From NCBI GenBank assembly GCA_902766595.1, contig CACXEJ010000072.1, positions 4,709-68,708 on the forward strand: DNA of 64,000 nucleotides. The letters run 5' to 3'. The notes beneath the pieces are model-generated. The model searched no databases and was not told the origin of the DNA. It saw only the letters and a list, made by a program, of their open reading frames with translations. Below, one piece after another: positions 1-8,629 of this stretch (within the stretch, counting starts at the first letter, position 1; each line of letters begins with the position of its first letter). The position numbers and the translations under genes were made by a program. The DNA comes from Ruminococcus flavefaciens. GTDB taxonomy: Bacteria > Bacillota > Clostridia > Oscillospirales > Ruminococcaceae.

Positions 1-2100
1 GGACTCGGAAGTCTCCTCGGCGGAGGCGGCGGCGGCTCGGACTCCGGTTCAGCCCCCGAAGTAACCGGCGGTTATGTTGCAAGCGCTGAGACTGCTGTCA
101 ATACCGCAGTAGCAGACGGCGCCCGTGCAAAGAGGACTGTTATCAAGGGAAACAATCAGGATACCGTTACACTTATGGTGTATATGTGCGGAACCGATCT
201 TGAGTCCAAGTACGGTATGGCTTCTTCCGATATGGAGGAAATGAGACAGGCAAGTATGTCCTGCAGCGACAACGTCAACATAATAGTATACACAGGCGGC
301 TGTTCAAACTGGAAAACCAGCGGCATCAGCTCCTCAGTGAACCAGATATACCAGATCAATGGCGGCAGCATCAAAAATCTCGTCAGTGACGACGGCAGCA
401 AGCCTATGACGGAAGCTGGCACTCTTTCCTCGTTTATCAAGTATTGCAGCTCCAACTATCCTGCAAACAGAAACGAACTCATCTTCTGGGATCACGGCGG
501 CGGTTCAGTAAGCGGCTACGGCTACGATGAAAAATACAAGAAGAGCGGTTCAATGGACCTTGCGCACATCAGTCAGGCACTCAAGCAGGGGGGAGTAAAG
601 TTCGATTTTATCGGCTTTGACGCCTGCCTTATGGCAACTGCTGAAAACGCACTTATGCTCGACGAGTACGCGGACTACCTCATTGCTTCCGAAGAGACAG
701 AGCCCGGTATCGGCTGGTACTACACAAACTGGCTCTCCGAATTCGGAAAGAACACTTCAATGTCCACACTCGACATCGGCAAGAACATCATTGACGATTT
801 CGTTTCAGAATGTGCAAAGAAGTGCAGAGGTCAGAAGACTACGCTTTCTATCATCGACCTTGCAGAATTCGCAAAGACAGTTCCGCAGGATCTCTCAGAC
901 TTCTCAAAGTCGGTAAGCAGAAAGATAAGCAACAGCGAATATAAAGAGCTCTCAGACGCAAGATATGCTACAAGAGAGTTTGCCGAAAGCTCAAAGATAG
1001 ATCAGGTCGATCTCGTCAACCTCGCTGTGAATATGGGAACTCCCGAGGGCGAAAAGCTCGCTGAGTCCCTGAAAAAGGCAGTAAAGTACAACCGCACCTC
1101 GACCAATATGACAAACGCCTACGGCGTGTCGATATACTTCCCGTACAAGCGTACATCTTATGTTGATCCGGCTTGCAGCACATACACACAGATAGGTATG
1201 GACTCCGATTATGCCGAGTGTATCCGTCAGTTTGCAAAGCTCGAGACCAGCGGTCAGATCGCAGCAGGCGGTTCATCATCACCGCTCAGTACACTCTTCG
1301 GACTCGGCGGTTCATCCGGTTCTTCCGGAAGCGGCGCTGATGTCATCGGACAGCTTCTCGGTTCATTTATGAGCGGCGCGTCCGGAAAGAGCATCGACGG
1401 TCTTGATAAGAGCAACACCGGATTTATGTCCAGTGTCGATGACGATAAAGCTGCCGAGTATGTCTCTCAGCACTACTTTGATCCCAAGAACCTCGTCTGG
1501 GAAGATGATGACGGCAAGTACACTATGGAGCTCCCCGAAGAACAGTGGAATATGGTTCACGCCATAGATATGAATATGTTCTACGATGACGGCAAAGGCT
1601 ACATCGACCTCGGTATCGACAATCTCTTCAAGCGTGACGGCGATACGCTCATTGCCGACACGGATAAGGACTGGGTATCTGTAAACGGACAACCGGTCGC
1701 TTACTACCACACAGACTCCATAAAGGACGATGACGGAAAAAGAGTGGATATGGGCTATTCTCCTGCAATGCTCAACGGCGACAGAGTCAACCTTATAATT
1801 GTTTTTGAGGACGGTGACGGATACATCGCCGGTGCTTCAACTGATTATGTAAACGGTGAGACCGAAACTTCTGCGAAGAATTCCTCCGCTCTGACTCCCG
1901 GAGATAAGATAGACTTCATCTGCGACTACTACTCATACGATATGCAGTATCAGAACTCCTACTATCTCGGTGAAACAATAACAGTGACTGATGATATGAA
2001 GGTGACCAACGAGTCCGTAGGTGACGGTGAAGCTGTGATAACCTACCTGTTTACCGACATCTACAATCAGGAATACTGGTCAGAAGCTATCAAGAAATAA
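1..2100 (+). CDS. Clostripain-family (C11) cysteine peptidase, 5' end outside the window
   Basis: Frame is open from base 1 (GLGSLLGGGGGG...) through the listed ATG at 175; motifs MVYMCGTDLES, WDHGGG (catalytic His) and FDACLM (catalytic Cys). Confidence 0.85.
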   Translation, partial: GLGSLLGGGGGGSDSGSAPEVTGGYVASAETAVNTAVADGARAKRTVIKGNNQDTVTLMVYMCGTDLESKYGMASSDMEEMRQASMSCSDNVNIIVYTGGCSNWKTSGISSSVNQIYQINGGSIKNLVSDDGSKPMTEAGTLSSFIKYCSSNYPANRNELIFWDHGGGSVSGYGYDEKYKKSGSMDLAHISQALKQGGVKFDFIGFDACLMATAENALMLDEYADYLIASEETEPGIGWYYTNWLSEFGKNTSMSTLDIGKNIIDDFVSECAKKCRGQKTTLSIIDLAEFAKTVPQDLSDFSKSVSRKISNSEYKELSDARYATREFAESSKIDQVDLVNLAVNMGTPEGEKLAESLKKAVKYNRTSTNMTNAYGVSIYFPYKRTSYVDPACSTYTQIGMDSDYAECIRQFAKLETSGQIAAGGSSSPLSTLFGLGGSSGSSGSGADVIGQLLGSFMSGASGKSIDGLDKSNTGFMSSVDDDKAAEYVSQHYFDPKNLVWEDDDGKYTMELPEEQWNMVHAIDMNMFYDDGKGYIDLGIDNLFKRDGDTLIADTDKDWVSVNGQPVAYYHTDSIKDDDGKRVDMGYSPAMLNGDRVNLIIVFEDGDGYIAGASTDYVNGETETSAKNSSALTPGDKIDFICDYYSYDMQYQNSYYLGETITVTDDMKVTNESVGDGEAVITYLFTDIYNQEYWSEAIKK

Positions 2101-2112
2101 GAGGGTACTCCT

Positions 2113-2745
2113 ATGGCTTTCGATTTCAAAAAGGAATTCAAGGAATTCTATATGCCCAAGAATAAACCGTCGATCGTAAATTTCCCCAAGGCTAATTACA
2201 TAGCTGTAAGAGGTAAGGGCGATCCGAATGAACCGGACGGAGATTACCAGAAAGCTATCTCCGTTTTGTATGCTGTTGCTTACACGCTGAAAATGAGCTG
2301 CAAAACCGACTATAAAATCCCGGGCTTCTTTGAGTATGTAGTACCTCCGCTTGAAGGCTTCTGGCGGCAGGAAGGCGTTGAAGGCTTTGACTATAACAAC
2401 AAAGCCGGCTGCTGCTGGATCTCTGTCATCAGACTTCCGGACTTCATAACCGAAAAAGACTTCAGATGGGCAGTAGAAACTGCTGCAAAAAAGAAGAAGC
2501 TCGACTGTTCATCTGCGGAATTCCTTACGATAGACGAGGGAATGTGCGTTCAGGTAATGCACATCGGCTCATATGATAATGAACCGGAAACAGTAAAAGC
2601 TATGGACGAATTTCTGACCGAGAACGGCTATATAAATGATCTCAGCAGTGAACGTCTGCACCACGAGATTTACCTTTCTGATCCGAGAAAAACTCCGACT
2701 GATAAACTCAAAACTGTTATCAGGCATCCGATAAAAAAGAAATGA
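2113..2745 (+). CDS. GyrI-like small-molecule-binding domain protein
   Basis: Motifs GKGDPN, PPLEGFW, HIGSYD, HHEIYLSDPRK; GAGGG RBS. Confidence 0.8.
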   Translation: MAFDFKKEFKEFYMPKNKPSIVNFPKANYIAVRGKGDPNEPDGDYQKAISVLYAVAYTLKMSCKTDYKIPGFFEYVVPPLEGFWRQEGVEGFDYNNKAGCCWISVIRLPDFITEKDFRWAVETAAKKKKLDCSSAEFLTIDEGMCVQVMHIGSYDNEPETVKAMDEFLTENGYINDLSSERLHHEIYLSDPRKTPTDKLKTVIRHPIKKK

Positions 2746-2753
2746 CCATACTT

Positions 2754-2781
2754 AAACGGGAGTGCGAAAGCACTCCCGTTT
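2754..2781 (+). terminator. Hairpin, probable intrinsic terminator
   Basis: AAACGGGAGTGC-GAAA-GCACTCCCGTTT perfect inverted repeat just after the stop codon. Confidence 0.7.
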
Positions 2782-2821
2782 GAGTAAAATATAAATTTAT
2801 TTCGCAATTACACTTTACCCC

Positions 2822-2850
2822 TTGACAATTATCTGATTTTGTAGTATAAT
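2822..2850 (+). promoter_or_regulatory. Sigma-A promoter of tRNA-Pro
   Basis: TTGACA (2822-2827), 17 bp spacer, TATAAT (2845-2850). Confidence 0.85.
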
Positions 2851-2861
2851 TGTTGTGTTAT

Positions 2862-2938
2862 CGAGGTGTGGCTCAGTTTGGTAGAGTACTACGTTCGGGA
2901 CGTAGGGGCCGCAGGTTCAAATCCTGTCACCTCGACCA
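2862..2938 (+). tRNA. tRNA-Pro (anticodon CGG)
   Basis: Acceptor stem CGAGGTG/CACCTCG, anticodon arm CTACG-TTCGGGA-CGTAG, T-loop GGTTCAAATCC, encoded CCA end. Confidence 0.97.
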
Positions 2939-2945
2939 TGCGGTT

Positions 2946-3082
2946 AGCCACCGCGGGCTTCCACGTTGACGCTCGCGGTGGCTCGCTTTATTTTTACAGA
3001 AAGCTTACTCTGCTTTCACTCACGGCACTATCATCTATTTCGTATAGCCTGCACAGAAGCGCCCGTCACTAATGTGACGGGC
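2946..3082. repeat. tRNA-trailing structured repeat, copy 1
   Basis: TTCCAC-containing hairpin (2946-2983), T-tract, conserved core, distal hairpin GCCCGTCAC-TAAT-GTGACGGGC (3061-3082); core 2982-3035 matches 39018-39071 at 46/54 ungapped positions (counted by hand). Confidence 0.85.
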
Positions 3083-3220
3083 TCAATTTATAATGAATAG
3101 TGAAAAATGTATAAATCACAAGGTTGCTTTTTCCGGACTTCTGAGGTATAATAAAAGTAATAAACAGCCCACACAGGGTGAGATTTCAATGCGGAAATTT
3201 AAAAAGGAGTATAGAGTCTT

Positions 3221-4774
3221 ATGAAATATGAACCGCTGCTGAAGCATCTGCTTAACTATGATGATATTGTCATTCAGGTGCATCACAATCCCGATGCCGA
3301 TGCTATCGCTTCCGGATTTGCACTTTGCCGCTATCTGAAAAAAAACGGCAAAAAGCCGCGCTTTGTTTACGCAGGAGAACGCGAGATCAGCAAGCCAAAT
3401 ATGCTCATTATGCTGAACAAGCTCGGCATTCAGGTCAGTCATATCAAAAACCTGAACGAAAACGGCGCTCTGCCTCAGCTTCTGATCACAGTCGACTGCT
3501 TTCACGGAGAGGGGAATGTCGGCAGCTTTGCGGCGGAAAACATAATCGTCATCGACCACCACCGTCTCCCGAAGGGAAAGGCAGTTCCGGAACACTCGGT
3601 CATAAAGGAGCATTACGGAAGCTGTGCGGCTGTCATCTATGAGCTGTTCAAGGAGGTCGGCTATGACCTCAACGAGGAACAGAACGTTGCAACGGCACTC
3701 TATTACGGCTTGTATATGGACACGGTAGGACTTTCGGAGATCAGTGAGCCTATGGACCGTGAGCTCCGCGATACCGCAAACTATAACAAAGCGCTCATAC
3801 GCCTGCTTTCAAATACCAATCTGACAGAGGAGGAGCTCAGCATTATCGGCAAAACGCTCAGTACCTGCAAATACTACCCGCATCCCGAAAGCTCCGCAGT
3901 TGCGTATGATCCCTCTCTTCCAAAACAGCATACTGCCTACACCATAGCAGACAACTGCGACCCTAATCTCCTCGGCATTATCTCTGATACTCTCATTCAG
4001 GTCGATATGGTTTCAGACTGCGTTGTCTGCTGTCCGTATCATACCGGATACAAGATCTCCGTCCGCACCTGTACGGACTCTGTCAAGGCACCGGATCTTG
4101 CCGCGTTCATTACCTACGGATACGGCGGAGGCGGCGGACATGATAACAAAGCTGGCGGCTGCATCGACTATCAAAGCTCACTGCCGAAGGATATTATGGA
4201 TTTTATTGCCGACCGTGTACGCGATTTCTTCACAAAGCCCGATGTTATTTTTGCCGGCAGGGAGCACCCCGATTTTTCCGGTGCAGAACGCTTCCGGAAA
4301 AAGGAGGTCGTTCTTGGCTATGTACCAACAGCATTGCTCTCGCCGGACGGAGAAGATATCCATATCCGGACGCTTGAGGGTGATATGACTGTGACACCTG
4401 CTCCGGACATCTATCTGATGGTCGGTGTAATAGGAGAGGTTTATCCCATCACGCGCGAGAAATTCGAGAAAAAATATGTCGCATGTGAGGGGACACCTGA
4501 TGTGTCGACATATTACTATCCGCCTTCAGCACGGATCGGTCAGAAAAAAACAGGCAGTCAGCTCTCGGAATATCTGCGCGGGTGCAAAGCCTCCGGAAAC
4601 AGTGAGATACTTGCAGTGAAGCTGAATAATTTTACGAAGCTCTATTCTCTCTGGGATCAGAAGCATTATATGTACGGCAACATCGGGGATTATATGGCTC
4701 ATCCTGCACATGATGCAAACGATCTCTATATCATACGCGGAGATATCTTTGCAATGACCTATGAAAGCTGCTAA
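3221..4774 (+). CDS. DHH/DHHA1 phosphoesterase with two C-terminal TLEG/PGDYG-like domains
   Basis: HHNPDADA, VDC, IDHH, MDT and GGGGGH..AGG motifs; C-terminal FRKK...TLEGDM...GVIGEVYP...FEKKY and GDYMA...DLYII..DIFAMTY; AAGGAG RBS. Confidence 0.8.
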   Translation: MKYEPLLKHLLNYDDIVIQVHHNPDADAIASGFALCRYLKKNGKKPRFVYAGEREISKPNMLIMLNKLGIQVSHIKNLNENGALPQLLITVDCFHGEGNVGSFAAENIIVIDHHRLPKGKAVPEHSVIKEHYGSCAAVIYELFKEVGYDLNEEQNVATALYYGLYMDTVGLSEISEPMDRELRDTANYNKALIRLLSNTNLTEEELSIIGKTLSTCKYYPHPESSAVAYDPSLPKQHTAYTIADNCDPNLLGIISDTLIQVDMVSDCVVCCPYHTGYKISVRTCTDSVKAPDLAAFITYGYGGGGGHDNKAGGCIDYQSSLPKDIMDFIADRVRDFFTKPDVIFAGREHPDFSGAERFRKKEVVLGYVPTALLSPDGEDIHIRTLEGDMTVTPAPDIYLMVGVIGEVYPITREKFEKKYVACEGTPDVSTYYYPPSARIGQKKTGSQLSEYLRGCKASGNSEILAVKLNNFTKLYSLWDQKHYMYGNIGDYMAHPAHDANDLYIIRGDIFAMTYESC

Positions 4775-4792
4775 TCACATAACCCAAAATCT

Positions 4793-4823
4793 GCGCTCCC
4801 TTCCACGGGGGGCGCTTTATTTA
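4793..4823 (+). terminator. Intrinsic terminator with TTCCAC loop
   Basis: GCGCTCCC-TTCCAC-GGGGGGCGC followed by TTTATTTA; near-identical to 38988-39009. Confidence 0.7.
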
Positions 4824-4899
4824 TCAAAATATCATTAAAGAGGTTGCAATACATCGAAAAATATGCTATTATTTAGAAAAACGATAAAGGAGTCCGACT

Positions 4900-6153
4900 A
4901 TGCGATCTATAATATCCAAACTAACCGACAGCGAATTCTGCCTGCTCGAACAGCTTGCATATCTTGATGAAGACGTAGCAAAGGCTGCTTCAGACGAAGA
5001 AAACGAAGTTGATTTCTACAAGATCAGCGATACAAACAAGGGACAAACTATTGCTCAGATACTCAGCAAATTCGATGAAAAAGCTCTCGGGAACCTCAGA
5101 ACCAACAAGAGCTCCGTGTGTGACGCACAGATCAGCGGAGTCGAGTGGGCAAGGATAATCAAGTTCCTGAAAAACGGAAAGACTGCCTCTCTCGTGCTTG
5201 AGGCTCTTATGCTTGACGAGACTGGCTATCACTCCGTCACAGATAAAGCCGGCAGGAGCTATAATTATCCGCTGGCACTTTGTTTTTCTGACGGCACAGG
5301 CAAAAACGAAAAAGCTATTGTCGTTTTCAAGGGAACGACAGGTCCGCAAGAATGGGCAGACAATGTAAGAGCAGCAGCTCAGTTCGACACGCCTCCCCAG
5401 AGAAGAGCGCTTGAATTTGTTGAAAAAACAGCTGAACGTTTTGGAAGCATCTCGGTAATAGGCCACTCAAAAGGCAGCAACAAGGCAATGTATACAGCGC
5501 TTATGAGTGATAATGTAGAGAGATGTGTGTGCTTCGACGGACAGGGCTTTTCGCGCATATTCCTTCAAACACCCAAGGTCGCTGAACGAATAAAAAAGAG
5601 AGCCTCTCTCATCAAGAACTACTCTCTTACCGGTGATTTCGTGCATATACTCCTGTATCAGATACCCGGCTCAAATCAGTTATTCTGTAAGGGCTACTGC
5701 GTTGACTCGGTAGGCGAGAACCACTCTCCGAACTCTTTCTTCCAGCAGTCATCAGACGGCGAAGATGAAAGTATAAATTCGGAGACAATAATGGTCGGCA
5801 ATACTTCATACATAATCCCTCGCTTCGAGACTGCAAGCGAGAACGAAAGTATCGAAACTCTCCATTCGTTCGTGGACTACCTACTTTCGCGTGATGAGAA
5901 TGTCAACGGAATAATAGATTACCTTGCAACGATACTGCCGATAGTCATAGTCGGCGAAGACGAATCCGGAAATAAATACGACTCACGAGGCAAGCTCAAA
6001 GCAGTGTTCGATGATACGGACAGTCTTACAGCCATTATAACGAACCTGATTGCTTTCGTAAAGGAAAACAAGCTCAACGGCGAATATATTGACTCACTTC
6101 TTGGCGCACTCGGAGTCGATGATGCAGGATTATTCTCGCTCCTGTTAAAATAA
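4900..6153 (+). CDS. DUF2974/Mbeg1-like alpha/beta-hydrolase (lipase)
   Basis: VVFKGT...WADN, nucleophile elbow GHSKG, FDGQGF, DFVH, NHSPNSF; AAGGAG RBS. Confidence 0.75.
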   Translation: MRSIISKLTDSEFCLLEQLAYLDEDVAKAASDEENEVDFYKISDTNKGQTIAQILSKFDEKALGNLRTNKSSVCDAQISGVEWARIIKFLKNGKTASLVLEALMLDETGYHSVTDKAGRSYNYPLALCFSDGTGKNEKAIVVFKGTTGPQEWADNVRAAAQFDTPPQRRALEFVEKTAERFGSISVIGHSKGSNKAMYTALMSDNVERCVCFDGQGFSRIFLQTPKVAERIKKRASLIKNYSLTGDFVHILLYQIPGSNQLFCKGYCVDSVGENHSPNSFFQQSSDGEDESINSETIMVGNTSYIIPRFETASENESIETLHSFVDYLLSRDENVNGIIDYLATILPIVIVGEDESGNKYDSRGKLKAVFDDTDSLTAIITNLIAFVKENKLNGEYIDSLLGALGVDDAGLFSLLLK

Positions 6154-6192
6154 ACGAACGCCCTCTGTCATTGATGATTTAGGAGGATAATT

Positions 6193-7689
6193 ATGAAGAT
6201 AAATCGCATAGTACCGGCACTTCTTGCTGTAATGACAGCATTAAATATTTCCGGTTTAAGTACATCGTCAGCGTCCATACATAATGAAAGTTCTTCCGGT
6301 ATAATGGGCGATGTAAATGCCGACGGCGAGTTCAGTATAGCAGATATTGTACTGTTTCAGAAATGGCTGCTTGCAGCTCCCGGAGCAGAGCTTACAAACT
6401 GGAAAAGCGCCGACTTCTGCGAGGACGGCAAACTCAACGTTTTTGACCTTTGTCTGATGAAGCGCCGTTACATTGATAAAAACTCCGGCACAAAGCTGGT
6501 TTGGTCAGATGAATTCAGCGGCGACTCCCTTGATATGACCAAATGGAGCTACGAGCTCGGAAACTGGAAGCTCGATGCTGACGGAAACTATATCACAAAC
6601 GGCTGGGGCAACAACGAACAGGAGTTCTACACCAACTCAAACGCCTCTGTGAAGAACGGTATCCTCACTATCGCCGCCCGTAAGGAGCACTACTCTGATC
6701 CTGTACAGGGCGAATACGAGTACACCTCCGCACGTCTGAGCTCGCAGCATCTGTTCTCGACCTGCGGCGGACGTATAGAGGTAAGGGCTCGCTGCGACTC
6801 CGGAAAATCTCTCTGGCCTGCAATATGGATGCTGCCCGAGGACAGTGTTTACGGCGGCTGGGCAGCTTCCGGCGAGATCGACATAATGGAAGGGTGGGGA
6901 AGTAACCCCGAGAAAATATGCGGCACTATCCATTTCGGTGACGTATGGCCCAACAACACATACCTGACCAACAACTATAAATTCCCGCAGGGCGACTCCA
7001 GCGAAAACTGGCATACCTACGCAGTTGAATGGGAGCCGGACGAGATACGCTGGTACGTCGATGACACGCTTTACAGCAGGCAGTCTGACTGGTATTCCGT
7101 AAATCACAAGTATCCTGCTCCATTCAATCAGAACTTCTACATAATACTGAACCTTGCAGTCGGCGGCGCATTTGACGGCATCGACGGTATGTACGCTGAT
7201 CCTTCCACATTTGCAAACGGCGAGAAGGATTTCGACATAGACTATGTCCGGGTATACGACCTTGATAAGCCCTTTGAGCCGACTCCCGTGACCTCTCTGC
7301 CGCTTGAGTCCTATATTGAGGGAGCAAATGCTGCTCTCGTCAACAAGGACGGCGAGACAGTTGTCACGATCAACGAAGTCGGTACACTGGAATATGGTGT
7401 AATGGGGCTTAACCGCGGCAACAAGGTCCACGCCGGCGAGACTCACACCTTATCATTTGATGTTTCGTCAAGTGCAGAGCGCGAGATAGTTGTGACTGCC
7501 GAGGACCCTGTATACACTCGCTATCTGAATGAAAAACTGACGATAACTCCTGATAAAAAGCATTACTCATTCGATGTGACTTTTGATGCCGATATGTCAG
7601 TTGACCTCAAATTCCAGCTTGGAAACATCGGAAATGCTTCTTCGATCGGAAGCCACACTGTGACTCTGAGCAATATTGAGTGGAAATAG
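6193..7689 (+). CDS. Secreted dockerin + GH16 beta-1,3-glucanase + CBM4-like domain
   Basis: Signal peptide; dockerin GDVNADGEFSIAD...DFCEDGKLNVFD; WSDEF, WPAIWMLP, catalytic EIDIME, ILNLAVGG. Confidence 0.9.
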   Translation: MKINRIVPALLAVMTALNISGLSTSSASIHNESSSGIMGDVNADGEFSIADIVLFQKWLLAAPGAELTNWKSADFCEDGKLNVFDLCLMKRRYIDKNSGTKLVWSDEFSGDSLDMTKWSYELGNWKLDADGNYITNGWGNNEQEFYTNSNASVKNGILTIAARKEHYSDPVQGEYEYTSARLSSQHLFSTCGGRIEVRARCDSGKSLWPAIWMLPEDSVYGGWAASGEIDIMEGWGSNPEKICGTIHFGDVWPNNTYLTNNYKFPQGDSSENWHTYAVEWEPDEIRWYVDDTLYSRQSDWYSVNHKYPAPFNQNFYIILNLAVGGAFDGIDGMYADPSTFANGEKDFDIDYVRVYDLDKPFEPTPVTSLPLESYIEGANAALVNKDGETVVTINEVGTLEYGVMGLNRGNKVHAGETHTLSFDVSSSAEREIVVTAEDPVYTRYLNEKLTITPDKKHYSFDVTFDADMSVDLKFQLGNIGNASSIGSHTVTLSNIEWK

Positions 7690-7766
7690 TCGTTCCGGCA
7701 CTTGCTATTTTTTCAGCGATGTGTTATAATAGTAATGTTGTATTATAATACTCTCAGGAGGCAATT

Positions 7767-8573
7767 ATGGATAATTACAGTATTGGATTTATAGGTGCCG
7801 GAAATATGGGCACTGCTATTATGAAGGGCATTGCTTCGAGCAGCCTTTCCAACAAGGTAACACTCTACACATTTGATCCCGACAGCTCAAAGGTCGAAGC
7901 TCTCAGCCAGTTTGGCATCAAAGCCTGCTCAAGCGAGTCGGAGCTCACAGCTGCCTGCAAGTATGTATTCCTTGCAGTAAAGCCGCAGATCATCGAAGGC
8001 GTTCTCAAGGCAGCTGCTCCCGGAGCTTCCAAGGATACAGTTTTCGTATCTATTGCTGCCGGAATTACAGACGAATTTGTTGCGAGCCAGACTCTCCCCG
8101 AAGCAAAGGTAATACTCGTTATGCCCAACACTCCGCTTCTTCTCGGTGAAGGCGCTTCCGCTCTTTCACGCAACGACAGAGTTTCTGATGAGGAATTCGA
8201 GTTTATCCTCAATATCTTCAGGATCTGCGGCAAGGCAGCTGTTATCCCCAAGGACAAGATGAAGGAGATAATCGCTATTAACGGAAGCAGTCCTGCGTTT
8301 ATCTACCTTTACGCAAAGGGCTTCATCGACTACGCTGCATCTGTTGGCATCGACGCTGAAGCTGCTACCGAGCTGTTCTCGCAGAGCCTTATCGGTTCAG
8401 CAAAGATGATAACAGACTCCGGTAAAACTATCGACGAGCTCATAAAAATGGTCTCCTCACCCGGAGGAACTACACTTGCAGGGCTTGACCGCCTCTACGA
8501 GGGAAATCTTACAGATACTGTAAAGAAGTGCTGCGAGAGCTGCACCAACAGAGCCTACGAGCTCTCCAAGTAA
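7767..8573 (+). CDS. proC: Pyrroline-5-carboxylate reductase
   Basis: GFIGAGNMG, LAVKPQ, MPNTP, GSSPAF, VSSPGGTT; TTGCTA-17-TATAAT promoter at 7702-7730. Confidence 0.95.
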   Translation: MDNYSIGFIGAGNMGTAIMKGIASSSLSNKVTLYTFDPDSSKVEALSQFGIKACSSESELTAACKYVFLAVKPQIIEGVLKAAAPGASKDTVFVSIAAGITDEFVASQTLPEAKVILVMPNTPLLLGEGASALSRNDRVSDEEFEFILNIFRICGKAAVIPKDKMKEIIAINGSSPAFIYLYAKGFIDYAASVGIDAEAATELFSQSLIGSAKMITDSGKTIDELIKMVSSPGGTTLAGLDRLYEGNLTDTVKKCCESCTNRAYELSK

Positions 8574-8629
8574 GCTGTTCTAACCGGACAGGTTGTCGCA
8601 TATCCTTGAAACAGAAAGGATGATGCGAT

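Noticed and set aside
2866-3072. 68-aa ORF
   Set aside because: Overlaps tRNA-Pro and the trailing repeat; no RBS
2862-7700. Classical tRNA-integrated genomic island
   Set aside because: No duplicated tRNA-Pro 3' end and no integrase found in the window
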